Of a stretch of DNA of 64,000 nucleotides, positions 38,115 to 47,425 are shown piece after piece. The notes under the pieces are model-generated. The model was not told where the DNA came from. It ran no database searches and saw only the letters and a program-made list of their open reading frames with translations. The translations under genes were made by a program, and so were the position numbers. The stretch's first letter is position 1. Each line of letters opens with the position of its first letter. This DNA is from a virus: the IMG/VR virus record IMGVR_UViG_3300021085_002380; one strand, given 5' to 3'.

Positions 38115-38443
38115 AGTAATCGTTGATACAATTCAACATGCGGACAGGACCTGGGGGCGGTACCCAGCGACTCCACCATAGATACACTATTAACAAAACA
38201 GCCGTGGCTGGCTCGCTAGACTACCCCGGGTTCTTAGTTCGTTAGGGGAAAAAGCTATAGTGTATCTTTGATGGGGTCGAAATAGGATCGACTGACGTAG
38301 AGAGATGAGAGTAGATTACCGTGTTGGCCTACGTTATTCAGCCAAAAACTACAAATGCAAACGATAATTTTGCACCATCTGGTTACGCACTAGCTGCATA
38401 ACACAGGGGGTTGGCCACTTACCTAGCAACAGAAAATGTGGTA
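38115..38443 (+). ncRNA. ssrA: Circularly permuted two-piece tmRNA
   Basis: T-arm plus CGACTCCACCA end at 38178, before the 5' piece GGGGTCGAAATAGGATCGAC at 38273; tag 38357-38401 ANDNFAPSGYALAA*; outer ends approximate. Confidence 0.92.
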
Positions 38444-38479
38444 CTTAACATAACTATTTTTAAAAGGAAAAGAATAATA

Positions 38480-39274
38480 ATGCGCACTTTATTCATCACA
38501 ACAGCAATCACCACAGTATTCGCCAGCGGTGCATTTGCAGAAGACACAGCGGCTCAAGCAGGAGCCATGATTTCAGGAGAGTTTAGTATTAACATTGCTG
38601 AAACTGCTGCTGGCGATTGGGGTGGTACCACCGCTCTTGAACTCGGAGTAGATGCAGGCGGCTTAGCAGAAGTTGACCTAGACTTTGTTTTAGACGCAAA
38701 CGACAATGTTAAACTTGACACATACGGTGTTGGCATGTCGGTAGCAGGAATTGGCTTGTCCTTTGGTAACGACCAAGGCGTATTGCCAGGAGCAGAAGGC
38801 GAGCAAACACTTGCGGCGCCAGTAATGGGAACAGCTTTGGGTGTACAAGCAGCAGGTGCTAAAGTTGCACTTGGTTTTACCGACTTCGGAGCAGACGTTA
38901 CAGATATTAGTAACATCCAAGGCGCATACACAATTGATATGAACCGTCTACAAGTAACTGCTGGCGCTGACTATAATTTCGACACCGAAAATACAGTTCT
39001 TGCAGCAGGCGTTGGTGGTCTTGATCTAGGCGTTGCTGAAATGGGCAGTGCGTTGACATATGACTTAGATGCAGAAGATATTGGTTACGAATTAACTGCA
39101 GACACAATGGGCGTAACAGCATACCTAAACGGCGACTCAGACGAGATGCTACAAAACGTTGGTGCCGAATATGAGTATCAAGTTGGCGGTGGTGCTGAAA
39201 TTACAGTAGGTAGCTCATATAACTTCAATAGCGAAGAGTTTACACCAACTGCTGGCGTAAGCTTTAACTTCTAA
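38480..39274 (+). CDS. Outer-membrane porin (alphaproteobacterial type)
   Basis: Signal peptide ending AFA, alternating beta strands, acidic, C-terminal GVSFNF. Confidence 0.8.
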   Translation: MRTLFITTAITTVFASGAFAEDTAAQAGAMISGEFSINIAETAAGDWGGTTALELGVDAGGLAEVDLDFVLDANDNVKLDTYGVGMSVAGIGLSFGNDQGVLPGAEGEQTLAAPVMGTALGVQAAGAKVALGFTDFGADVTDISNIQGAYTIDMNRLQVTAGADYNFDTENTVLAAGVGGLDLGVAEMGSALTYDLDAEDIGYELTADTMGVTAYLNGDSDEMLQNVGAEYEYQVGGGAEITVGSSYNFNSEEFTPTAGVSFNF

Positions 39275-39301
39275 AGAATACCTATAGAAAAAACTTGGTA
39301 G

Positions 39302-39325
39302 AGGGGCGGCGAAAGCTGCCCCTTT
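39302..39325 (+). terminator. Hairpin / probable terminator
   Basis: AGGGGCGGC-GAAA-GCTGCCCCT-TT. Confidence 0.65.
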
Positions 39326-39384
39326 GGTCATTGAAAGAATGTATAAATAGATCTGATACACACCCTATACAAAAAGGTTTTATA

Positions 39385-39927
39385 ATGACCAATCGTTTGA
39401 AACAGTTGACATGGGATCACCATCAGTCGGCAGAACGTCGAGCTTTTGCTAGAAAACTATTACGCGGCGAACTTACCCCACACGAGTATTACATATTTCT
39501 TTGGTGCCAATGGCATAATTATACCCCTCTTGAAAACGCAGTTATCATTCCTCCGAATTTGTCTGCAATTTATAGAGCTGACCGTATTATGGCTGACATC
39601 CAAGAATTAGAAAAAGAACACGGCTTTGGTATGCCGTCTGCGTTACCACCTTCCGTTAAAGAGTATCAAGCTCATATTGGCGGTTTAGCAGAATCTGACG
39701 ATAACCAAGGTTTGCTTGCCCATATGTATACAAGGCACTTTGGCGAATTGCACGGTGGTCAAATCATTAAAAGAAAAGCACCTGGCTCTGGAACAATGTA
39801 CGAGTTTGAAGGTGATACAAAGATCCTTATTGAGGAGTTTAGAAAACTCTTAAATGACGATATGGCCCCAGAGGCTAAAAAATGTTTTGAATTTGCATCA
39901 AAACTTTTTGACGAATTGTCTACATAA
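39385..39927 (+). CDS. hemO: Heme oxygenase
   Basis: LKQLTWDHHQSAE proximal His; AHMYTRHFGELHGGQII distal helix; TATAAATA at 39342. Confidence 0.88.
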   Translation: MTNRLKQLTWDHHQSAERRAFARKLLRGELTPHEYYIFLWCQWHNYTPLENAVIIPPNLSAIYRADRIMADIQELEKEHGFGMPSALPPSVKEYQAHIGGLAESDDNQGLLAHMYTRHFGELHGGQIIKRKAPGSGTMYEFEGDTKILIEEFRKLLNDDMAPEAKKCFEFASKLFDELST

Positions 39928-39930
39928 TTG

Positions 39931-39959
39931 TTGACATTCTTATATTATTAAGTTATAAT
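39931..39959 (+). promoter_or_regulatory. Perfect-consensus sigma70 promoter
   Basis: TTGACA-17-TATAAT. Confidence 0.8.
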
Positions 39960-39997
39960 ATAAACATACGCTATATAAAAACAGGAGGAGACTTGCA

Positions 39998-40177
39998 ATG
40001 CAAGAGCAAATTACTTACGCAACCGAAGAACCTGAGTTTCAAAAGGATATGAGTAGAGTAAACCGAATGTCAAGGTCAGACGCTGCAAGGCGAAGACGAC
40101 GAAGCGCAAAAGAGACCCGTGAGACGAGATTAGCAAATAAATTCGCAAAAGCTCGTCGGGCCAGAAAAAGAAGTTAA
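39998..40177 (+). CDS. Arg-rich 59-aa protein (not in ORF track)
   Basis: AGGAGG RBS; MQEQITY...DAARRRRRSAKETRETRLANKFAKARRARKRS. Confidence 0.7.
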   Translation: MQEQITYATEEPEFQKDMSRVNRMSRSDAARRRRRSAKETRETRLANKFAKARRARKRS

Positions 40178-40178
40178 A

Positions 40179-40331
40179 ATGAAAACAATGGAAGTAAAAG
40201 AGGATCCCCAAACCGGGGACCTCTACCTAGACATACCTAAGGAAATGTTAGAAGAGCTCGATTGGAAAGAAGGCGATACGCTTGAATGGTCTGGTAACCA
40301 TGAAACTTGGTATGTTAGGAAGAAAGACTAA
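40179..40331 (+). CDS. AbrB/MazE-like small DNA-binding protein (not in ORF track)
   Basis: GDLYLDIPKEMLEELDWKEGDTLEW. Confidence 0.7.
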   Translation: MKTMEVKEDPQTGDLYLDIPKEMLEELDWKEGDTLEWSGNHETWYVRKKD

Positions 40332-41011
40332 TGCATCCGCTATGGGATAGGCTTAACGATTACGCGGACTATATCGCTAAAAGCTTTGATGAGTATTTTA
40401 TTGAATACGATAACGAAGCTATGAATGGTCTGCAATTTAAAGATTGGACAGATCGCTTTTGGCGTTCTGATAATATCCAAAAGGCTCACCTCAAAACTAT
40501 TGTACCGAACGATGGTAAAGGTTTATGGCTAATGCACGTTAATGTATTTCCTAAAGTTGGAATTGAATTGCCTATTTTAGGATTTGATATTGTTGCGGGT
40601 CCAAAAAAGATTACCGGTTCGTTTATGGATTTTTCTCCATTATACGGGTTTCCGCATCCATATCATGACTATATGGAAAAAAGAGTTGCAAACTTAGAAT
40701 GGAATAAACCACGTGAATTGCCACCGTGGGCAAAGGAAATCTTTTCAAGTGATATGCTAGCGGTTGGTAATATTAATACTGATGAAGAGCTTAACCAATT
40801 TATTGAAGTAACCGCCGATTTAGTAGAGTATTATTTAATGAGTATGGAAACAAATCAATTTGAGTCCCATCGTGACACAAAGCCATTATTAAATAAGTAT
40901 TGCCAAAATCAAAAAATGAATCCACATTTACATCGCTCTATATTAGCTATGGGCATATCTGAAAAAGATAAAGATGAATATATCAACAACGTTTTATTTG
41001 AGGAAATCTAA
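40331..41011 (+). CDS. pcyX: Ferredoxin-dependent bilin reductase (PcyX/PcyA-like)
   Basis: LPILGFDIV, DFSP, RELPPWAKEIFS, YCQNQKMNPH; near hemO. Confidence 0.8.
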   Translation: MHPLWDRLNDYADYIAKSFDEYFIEYDNEAMNGLQFKDWTDRFWRSDNIQKAHLKTIVPNDGKGLWLMHVNVFPKVGIELPILGFDIVAGPKKITGSFMDFSPLYGFPHPYHDYMEKRVANLEWNKPRELPPWAKEIFSSDMLAVGNINTDEELNQFIEVTADLVEYYLMSMETNQFESHRDTKPLLNKYCQNQKMNPHLHRSILAMGISEKDKDEYINNVLFEEI

Positions 41012-41668
41012 ATGGCATTTTTAGTACACCCATTGCCGCCAGTTGCGGTATATGTTAAAATGGAGTATCTTTATGATTTAGAACCAGGTCATCCAAGCTG
41101 GGGTAATTTGACTCCAGGTATTTGGATCAGCGTTAAATCAACACAATCAAAAGCATTATATTTTGAAACACTACTTACTGATTATGGGGCACTATATGAC
41201 AAACTACCGATTTCCGCGTTTGTTTGGAAGGAAGACATTAACATTGATGAACAACTCCCGCTGGACGTTCTTCAGCTATGGGATTGTTTTGACTATGATA
41301 TTACTGTTATTGAAAAGCCAATCTTGTGTAGGTGTGAGTTCTTCGGAAAAGATAAAAAGATGCACGGCGGCGAGTACGAATTCACTATTGACAACGCCCA
41401 CCGCGACAAGTCTGTCCTTGACACCAATTTCAGTGAGCAAGATCCCGAGCACAAATCATTCAACGTCATCCGACTTGACAATGGACAATTTGCTGCGCAA
41501 CCAAATAACAGAGTTATATGGAGAGACAGCTCATTAACACCCGCTGATTTGAAACGACCTGATTTTAAAGTGTGTACTCAAAACTATGCAGTTGAAGATC
41601 AGCCTAAATGGTCGGTTGGCCATACTGACGAGTGGCAATATAAAACAAAAGAGGAAGCGGAAGAATGA
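41012..41668 (+). CDS. Conserved hypothetical phage protein
   Basis: GALYDKLPISAF, LQLWDCF, EHKSFN..LDNGQFAAQPNNR. Confidence 0.7.
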   Translation: MAFLVHPLPPVAVYVKMEYLYDLEPGHPSWGNLTPGIWISVKSTQSKALYFETLLTDYGALYDKLPISAFVWKEDINIDEQLPLDVLQLWDCFDYDITVIEKPILCRCEFFGKDKKMHGGEYEFTIDNAHRDKSVLDTNFSEQDPEHKSFNVIRLDNGQFAAQPNNRVIWRDSSLTPADLKRPDFKVCTQNYAVEDQPKWSVGHTDEWQYKTKEEAEE

Positions 41669-41949
41669 ACATTACAGTTACAGAAAGGGCTAAAGAGTAT
41701 TTAGCTAAAGCTGGTAAACCTAATGTATCTCTTAACGTAAAAGGCGGAGGTTGTTCAGGGTTTCAGTATGAATGGGGAACAACCGATAAGGAACCTACTA
41801 TAGAAAATCTTTGGCTTGATCCAATGGCAGAAATGTTTATATTTGGATGTACCATAGATTATATAGAGGAATTAGGTGGTTCTTATTTAAAAGTAGTAAA
41901 CCCAAACGCAACTGCATCGTGTGGTTGCGGAGAAAGTTTTGCAATATAA
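41665..41949 (+). CDS. IscA/HesB Fe-S cluster carrier
   Basis: GGGCSGFQY, NPNATASCGCGESF. Confidence 0.92.
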   Translation: MNITVTERAKEYLAKAGKPNVSLNVKGGGCSGFQYEWGTTDKEPTIENLWLDPMAEMFIFGCTIDYIEELGGSYLKVVNPNATASCGCGESFAI

Positions 41950-42108
41950 TGAAAAAACAGTTGACAGTTAACGGTTGTTGTGATACTGTTAATATAACAA
42001 AAGGACAAACTACTGTCACTTTTGAGAATCACCAGTTTACCGTTACGGTATTCTATTGCTCCAACTGTGGTGGTAAAAAAGCCACCTCAAACATAAGGGA
42101 AGGTAAAT

Positions 42109-42309
42109 ATGAAGATTAACGAGTTCAACGGCGATCGTAGTGGTTCTGCATTACGCGCTGAAATCCATGAATCACCCGATGGATATGAAATTGAGTATTA
42201 TATCAATGACACATTCCAGCAAAAAGAAACGTTTCATACCAAAAGCATCTTTTACGTCGAAGACGCAGCTACTAATTGGATTTCAGGAATCAAGGTGCTG
42301 AATGGATAA
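42109..42309 (+). CDS. Hypothetical protein
   Basis: ORF with RBS; EDAATNW. Confidence 0.6.
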   Translation: MKINEFNGDRSGSALRAEIHESPDGYEIEYYINDTFQQKETFHTKSIFYVEDAATNWISGIKVLNG

Positions 42310-42499
42310 TCATCGTCCTCTTGGCATTAAAGGCAACATGTATGGCGTCATAATTAGTTGTAATGAATCTGACCCACACGTAAAAATAAACGATGAAACA
42401 ATAACCACGAATAGAAAAGAGGTCCTTCTATTCTTACAGGCTTACAGAATGGGAAGGGACCATAAGAAAAATGAAATACGCACCGCATTGGGAATTTAA
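42302..42499 (+). CDS. Hypothetical protein
   Basis: Coupled ORF. Confidence 0.5.
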   Translation: MDNHRPLGIKGNMYGVIISCNESDPHVKINDETITTNRKEVLLFLQAYRMGRDHKKNEIRTALGI

Positions 42500-42506
42500 A
42501 AACATA

Positions 42507-42755
42507 ATGATAACACCACCAAGGTCACCAGAAAAAATTCACCATGAAATTGCTGCAATGTTGGCGAATGGAGTCAACTATATTGACGCACTCGTTGAAT
42601 ATGCTAGAAAGAACGATCTTGAAATCGAGGCAGTAGCAGATATTGTAAAAAAATCGTCTATCCTTAAAGAAAAACTTCGAGGAGAGGCAGTTAAACTCAA
42701 ACTAGTCGAAAAAGAAGAAAGAGATGATCAAGACATCACAGAGCTTTGCAAATGA
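42507..42755 (+). CDS. 33: Late promoter co-activator gp33
   Basis: YIDALVEY..KNDLEIE, LKEKLRGEA; 33-59-32 synteny. Confidence 0.82.
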   Translation: MITPPRSPEKIHHEIAAMLANGVNYIDALVEYARKNDLEIEAVADIVKKSSILKEKLRGEAVKLKLVEKEERDDQDITELCK

Positions 42756-43326
42756 GGAATCATTTAATCTCTATGTCAAGTATCTTGCACTAAAGAAACA
42801 CTTCACTACCGACGGCTACGATTATCATAAGTACAATGGAAAAATAAGAGCTAAGTTCGAGACATATCGTACTCGGAACGACGTATTCTTTTTCCATAAG
42901 CTTGCACAAAAAGACGATCCAATTAATCTTATGATGGCTAATATGTTAGTCAATCCAAATGTTTGGATCAGGACAATCGTAGAGCAGGAAGGTGAAAGCA
43001 AGTACTTTGACTGGAAGAAAAAGATTGATTCTTTAACGCACACTTTCAAATCAGATCTAAACAAATTAGATGATAACTATCAGTCTAACTTTGTCACGCA
43101 TGACGGTCAGCATCCACATGTTATGACCTTATATGTACAACGACAAATAACTCTCGAGACATTTACTATACTTACGCATTTATCAAATATTTTTCCTTAT
43201 TGGGAGCAAAAAATAGTTGACAAAATCGTCGCGCGTGATATAATTAGATTATCAAGAAAGTACAAACCATTCTTGGAAATTAATGAAAAAAAGTTCAAAG
43301 AAATTATCAGAGACAGGTTTTTCTGA
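42724..43326 (+). CDS. 59: Helicase loader gp59
   Basis: YLALKKHF...YDYHKYNGK, R.D.FFF.KLA, ITLETF. Confidence 0.88.
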   Translation: MIKTSQSFANEESFNLYVKYLALKKHFTTDGYDYHKYNGKIRAKFETYRTRNDVFFFHKLAQKDDPINLMMANMLVNPNVWIRTIVEQEGESKYFDWKKKIDSLTHTFKSDLNKLDDNYQSNFVTHDGQHPHVMTLYVQRQITLETFTILTHLSNIFPYWEQKIVDKIVARDIIRLSRKYKPFLEINEKKFKEIIRDRFF

Positions 43327-43354
43327 TATAAATATATCGTTGACTTCGGTTAAC
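43217..43354 (+). promoter_or_regulatory. gp32 regulatory region: sigma70 promoter, late promoter, UUCG hairpin
   Basis: TTGACA-16-TATAAT (extended TG) 43217-43244; TATAAATA 43327; GTTGAC-TTCG-GTTAAC. Confidence 0.65.
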
Positions 43355-43403
43355 TATATTTCGCAATACAAAAACATACATCGCTATACAAGGAGATACC
43401 ACT

Positions 43404-44330
43404 ATGGCAACATCATTTGATGCACTTAAAAAGAATCGTTCAAGTTCACTAAACAAATTGAACGCACAGCTCGAAAAGATTTCAACTAAGAGCTATTCAG
43501 ATCCCAACGAAGGTAAAATGTGGAAACCACAACGTGACAAAGCTGGCAACGGTTTTGCAATTATTCGTTTCCTACCAGCGGCGCAAGGCGAAGAGATGCC
43601 TTTCGTACGTATTTGGGATCATGGTTTTCAAGGACCGACAGGTCTCTGGTATATTGAAAATTCACTCACAACCCTAAACCAAGACGATCCTGTGTCAGAA
43701 TTCAACGGCAAGTTGTGGAATTCTGGTATTGACTCAGACAAAGAACAGGCTCGTAAACAGAAACGTCGTCTAAAGTATGTAGCAAATATTATGGTGATTA
43801 AAGATAGCGCAAATCCTGAAAACGAAGGCAAAGTCTTTATGTATCAGTTTGGCAAAAAGATCTTTGATAAATTGAACGATATGATGAACCCATCGTTTGA
43901 GGATGAAACACCAGTCAATCCTTTTGACTTTTGGGAAGGCGCAAACTTCCGTTTGAAAATCCGTCAGTTTGAAGGATATCCAAACTACGACAAATCAGAG
44001 TTTGACCAACCGTCTGCAGTTTCAGAAGACGATGCTCAGATTGAAGCAATTTGGAACCAACAACATTCGCTACAAGAATTGGTTGACCCAAAGAACTTCA
44101 AATCATATTCTGAATTGAAAGCTAAACTGTATCGTGTTCTTGCGATTGGTGAAGAACCATCTGAGCCATCCACTGCAATGGATGTTGATGATGATTTGGA
44201 TTTGAGCAACATGGGTAACACTCAAGCTGCTGCTCCTACACCATCCGCTCCTGCTGCGGCTCCTGCAGCAACAATGAGTATGGATGATGACGACGATCTA
44301 TCAATCTTTAAGGAACTAGCGAATGGTTAA
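43404..44330 (+). CDS. 32: Single-stranded DNA-binding protein gp32
   Basis: DKAGNGFAIIRFLP, WYIENS, FGKKIFDK, NYDKSEF, acidic tail. Confidence 0.95.
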   Translation: MATSFDALKKNRSSSLNKLNAQLEKISTKSYSDPNEGKMWKPQRDKAGNGFAIIRFLPAAQGEEMPFVRIWDHGFQGPTGLWYIENSLTTLNQDDPVSEFNGKLWNSGIDSDKEQARKQKRRLKYVANIMVIKDSANPENEGKVFMYQFGKKIFDKLNDMMNPSFEDETPVNPFDFWEGANFRLKIRQFEGYPNYDKSEFDQPSAVSEDDAQIEAIWNQQHSLQELVDPKNFKSYSELKAKLYRVLAIGEEPSEPSTAMDVDDDLDLSNMGNTQAAAPTPSAPAAAPAATMSMDDDDDLSIFKELANG

Positions 44331-44649
44331 TAAAACCTACGAAGAGGTTTTAGATTTCGACTTTGGCTTCAGCTTCATTGATGAAGAGCTTCAAGAAAAA
44401 GAAGCTGTGGCCGAACAGAAAATTCAAGAAGTCAGTAGCGAAAAGCAATCACTTGAGGACCAACTCACTGATGCTAAAGTAGCTGCTGACGACTTTGAAT
44501 ATCGTTTAGAACTTCTATACAAATCAATCTCCCCATTCTTAGATAATTTGTGTAAGAATGCGGATAAGTCTACAATTTACTGGCCCGACAGAGTTGGTAA
44601 AATTGAGTCTTATAAAGCTAAACTATTGACGATCGTTGAGGGAAAATAA
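44323..44649 (+). CDS. Conserved hypothetical protein
   Basis: DFDFGFS ... PFLDNL...IYWPDR. Confidence 0.65.
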   Translation: MVNKTYEEVLDFDFGFSFIDEELQEKEAVAEQKIQEVSSEKQSLEDQLTDAKVAADDFEYRLELLYKSISPFLDNLCKNADKSTIYWPDRVGKIESYKAKLLTIVEGK

Positions 44650-44650
44650 T

Positions 44651-45727
44651 ATGAGTCTATTAGACAAACTAGTAAAAAATTCTACCATTAAGTTGACAGC
44701 TCAGTTATCTGAGTCAAAGGTTTTTGGTAAAAAAGAAATGGCACCAACACCAGTTCCTATGGTTAATGTTGCACTATCAGGTGATACTGATGGCGGCCTT
44801 AGCCCAGGATTGTTAGTTTTGGCTGGTCCATCTAAACACTTCAAATCTGCGTTTGCACTATTAACCGCAGCCGCATATATGAACAAATATAAAGATGCAA
44901 TTTTGCTCTTTTACGATTCAGAGTTTGGTACGCCTCAGGCATACTTCGAGTCATTTGGTATTGATATGGATCGCGTGGTTCATACTCCTATTACTAATGT
45001 TGAAGAACTCAAGTTTGATATTAGTAACCAACTAGACCAAATTGACAAAAAAGACCATGTTTGTATTATTATCGACTCAGTCGGTAACTTGGCTTCCAAG
45101 AAAGAAGTTGAGGACGCAATGAATGAAAAATCTGTTGCGGATATGTCTCGGGCTAAATCTTTAAAGTCTTTGTTCCGTATTGTAACACCACACCTTAATC
45201 TTAAAGACATTCCTTTGATTGCGGTTAACCATACCTATCAAGAAATCGGATTGTTTCCTAAGGCTATTGTTTCAGGCGGTACAGGCATCTATTATTCAGC
45301 TGATGCTATTTGGATTGTTGGACGCCAGCAAGATAAAGTTGGTACTGAAATCCAAGGCTACCATTTTGTTATTAATATTGAAAAGTCACGCCATGTTAAA
45401 GAAAAATCTAAAATTCCAATCAGTGTAAGTTGGGATGGCGGTATCGTTAAATGGTCTGGTTTGATGGATGTAGCTGAAAAAGGTGGATATCTTCGTAAAC
45501 CAAAAGTTGGTTGGTATGAAGCAGTTGATCCGTCAACCGGTGAAGTTATTTCGCAAAAGTTAATGCGTGCTAAAGAAGTTAACGATAACGGCGAATTTTG
45601 GAATATGATGTTTGAAACTACAGACTTCAAAGATTATGTACGGAATACATTTACAATTGGAGCTTCAGGCAGTATTATGCGTGAAGATGACGATAGCGTA
45701 TTTGAAGAAGAAGTTATTGAAGGCTAA
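44651..45727 (+). CDS. uvsX: RecA-like recombinase UvsX
   Basis: AGPSKHFKS, FYDSEFG, IDSVGNLASKKE, SGGTG. Confidence 0.95.
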   Translation: MSLLDKLVKNSTIKLTAQLSESKVFGKKEMAPTPVPMVNVALSGDTDGGLSPGLLVLAGPSKHFKSAFALLTAAAYMNKYKDAILLFYDSEFGTPQAYFESFGIDMDRVVHTPITNVEELKFDISNQLDQIDKKDHVCIIIDSVGNLASKKEVEDAMNEKSVADMSRAKSLKSLFRIVTPHLNLKDIPLIAVNHTYQEIGLFPKAIVSGGTGIYYSADAIWIVGRQQDKVGTEIQGYHFVINIEKSRHVKEKSKIPISVSWDGGIVKWSGLMDVAEKGGYLRKPKVGWYEAVDPSTGEVISQKLMRAKEVNDNGEFWNMMFETTDFKDYVRNTFTIGASGSIMREDDDSVFEEEVIEG

Positions 45728-45735
45728 AATATTTG

Positions 45736-45764
45736 TTGACATTATACCAAATGTATAATACTAT
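45736..45764 (+). promoter_or_regulatory. Sigma70-type promoter for gp41
   Basis: TTGACA-17-TACTAT. Confidence 0.65.
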
Positions 45765-45827
45765 AATATTGAAGATGGCGGCTATTAAGTTAGGCGCCAT
45801 CATTTATCTTTACACACAGGAATTCTT

Positions 45828-47249
45828 ATGATTGAAAAAACAGTATTAGCAAACTTGATATTTAACGAAGACTATTTTCGTAAAGTGTATCCTTATATCA
45901 AACAAGAATACTTTGACGATAATGGTCTTAAAAAAATATTTGATACATATTCTGGATATGTTGATGAATACAAATCTCCGCCTTCAATTGAGGCGTTAAA
46001 GATTTCTTTAGACAAACGTAAAGACCTCAACGAAGATGCCTATAAAGGTATTATGTCTGAGGTTGACAATATGGCAGTTGACCAAAATACAGACTTTGAT
46101 TGGCTCGTAAAAGAAACTGAAAAATTTTGCCAAGATAAAGATCTATATAATTCTATTCGTAAAGCAATTCTTGTAATTGACGGCGAAGACAAAGAAATGG
46201 ATAAAGGTTCATTACCAGAACTATTATCTAACTCTTTATCAATTAGTTTTGACACAAGTATCGGCCACGATTACCTTGAGGATTATGAAAGCCGTTATGA
46301 CTTTTATCATAAGAAAGAAGAACGTATTCCATTCGATATTGAATTACTCAACAAGATTACAAAAGGTGGTCTGCCACGCAAATCTATGACTGTATTACTC
46401 GCAACAACTGGTGGTGGTAAATCATTGGTCAAATGTCACCATGCTGCATCGGCATTAATGATGGGTAAGAACGTTTTATATATTACAATGGAAATGGCTG
46501 AAGAACGTATCTCTGAACGTATTGATGCTAATATGATGGATGTTACTATTGATGAAGTGGCCGAAACACCCCGTGATGTTTTCGCAAAACGAATTGGTAG
46601 ATTTACATCAAAAACAACTGGTAAGTTAGTTGTTAAAGAATACCCAACTGGCTCTGCCCATGTTGGCCACTTTAGGCATTTGCTTAACGAATTGAAAATG
46701 AAACGCAACTTTGCGCCTGATATTATTTTTATTGACTATTTGAATATTTGTGCGTCTGCAAGAGTAAAAGGCGCTGCGGCAGCTAACTCATATACTCTTG
46801 TAAAATCAATCGCTGAGGAGGTACGTGGTCTTGCGATGGAATATAATTGTGCTGTGGTTACTAGTTCTCAGTTTAATCGTGATGGTTACGGCAACTCTGA
46901 CGTGGATCTCACTAATACTTCTGAAAGTATGGGAATTACCCATACTGCTGACTGCATTCTTGGTCTAATCACATCTGAAGATTTGGATCAGCTTGGTCAA
47001 TTAATGATTAAACAATTGAAAAACAGATGGAACGATCTTAGTTATTATCGTAGGTTCGTGGTTGGTGTTGATAGATCAAAAATGAAACTTTATGATTTGG
47101 AAAGTAGTGCTCAGAATGGTATATCAAACGACCAACCTGCGGCAAATACTGCGTTCCAAAAACCGTCCTTAACAGATACGCCAATATTTGACAACACTCA
47201 ATTTGGTAAAAAGAAAAAAGGTTTATTTGACACAGGAGATCTGATGTGA
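45828..47249 (+). CDS. 41: Replicative helicase gp41
   Basis: ATTGGGKS, ITMEMAEE, KEYPT, IDYLNIC, KQLKNR. Confidence 0.95.
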   Translation: MIEKTVLANLIFNEDYFRKVYPYIKQEYFDDNGLKKIFDTYSGYVDEYKSPPSIEALKISLDKRKDLNEDAYKGIMSEVDNMAVDQNTDFDWLVKETEKFCQDKDLYNSIRKAILVIDGEDKEMDKGSLPELLSNSLSISFDTSIGHDYLEDYESRYDFYHKKEERIPFDIELLNKITKGGLPRKSMTVLLATTGGGKSLVKCHHAASALMMGKNVLYITMEMAEERISERIDANMMDVTIDEVAETPRDVFAKRIGRFTSKTTGKLVVKEYPTGSAHVGHFRHLLNELKMKRNFAPDIIFIDYLNICASARVKGAAAANSYTLVKSIAEEVRGLAMEYNCAVVTSSQFNRDGYGNSDVDLTNTSESMGITHTADCILGLITSEDLDQLGQLMIKQLKNRWNDLSYYRRFVVGVDRSKMKLYDLESSAQNGISNDQPAANTAFQKPSLTDTPIFDNTQFGKKKKGLFDTGDLM

Positions 47250-47425
47250 GTTACGTAGTACGCAAAACAGAAGTAAAAGACCAATATATGATTTGGGATA
47301 AGGATGAAAATAAACCAATTGATCTTTGGCTTGATAAACAACGTGCAAACGATATTGCCCGCAAGCTCAATTTAGGATCTGGGTTTGAAGGGCGGATCCC
47401 ATCTTTTATTATGGTCAGGATCTAA
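47246..47425 (+). CDS. Small hypothetical protein (not in ORF track)
   Basis: GTGA overlap with the gp41 stop, AGGAG RBS; ...RKLNLGSGFEGRIPSF. Confidence 0.55.
   Translation: MSYVVRKTEVKDQYMIWDKDENKPIDLWLDKQRANDIARKLNLGSGFEGRIPSFIMVRI

Noticed and set aside
38411-38479. N-terminal extension of the porin in the ORF track
   Set aside because: Overlaps the tmRNA tail; the ATG at 38480 has an RBS and starts a proper signal peptide
39998-40177. Ribosomal protein bS21
   Set aside because: Basic helix is similar, but the bS21 N-terminal strand and the YEKP-type motif are absent
39385-41011. Cyanophage assignment from bilin genes
   Set aside because: No photosystem or hli genes in the window; tmRNA form and tag, DUF1127, porin and GANTC sites favour an alphaproteobacterial host
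21149-47249. Introns, inteins or a gene 60-type translational bypass in core genes
   Set aside because: gp39+60, gp52, gp43, uvsX, uvsW and gp41 are continuous ORFs of normal length
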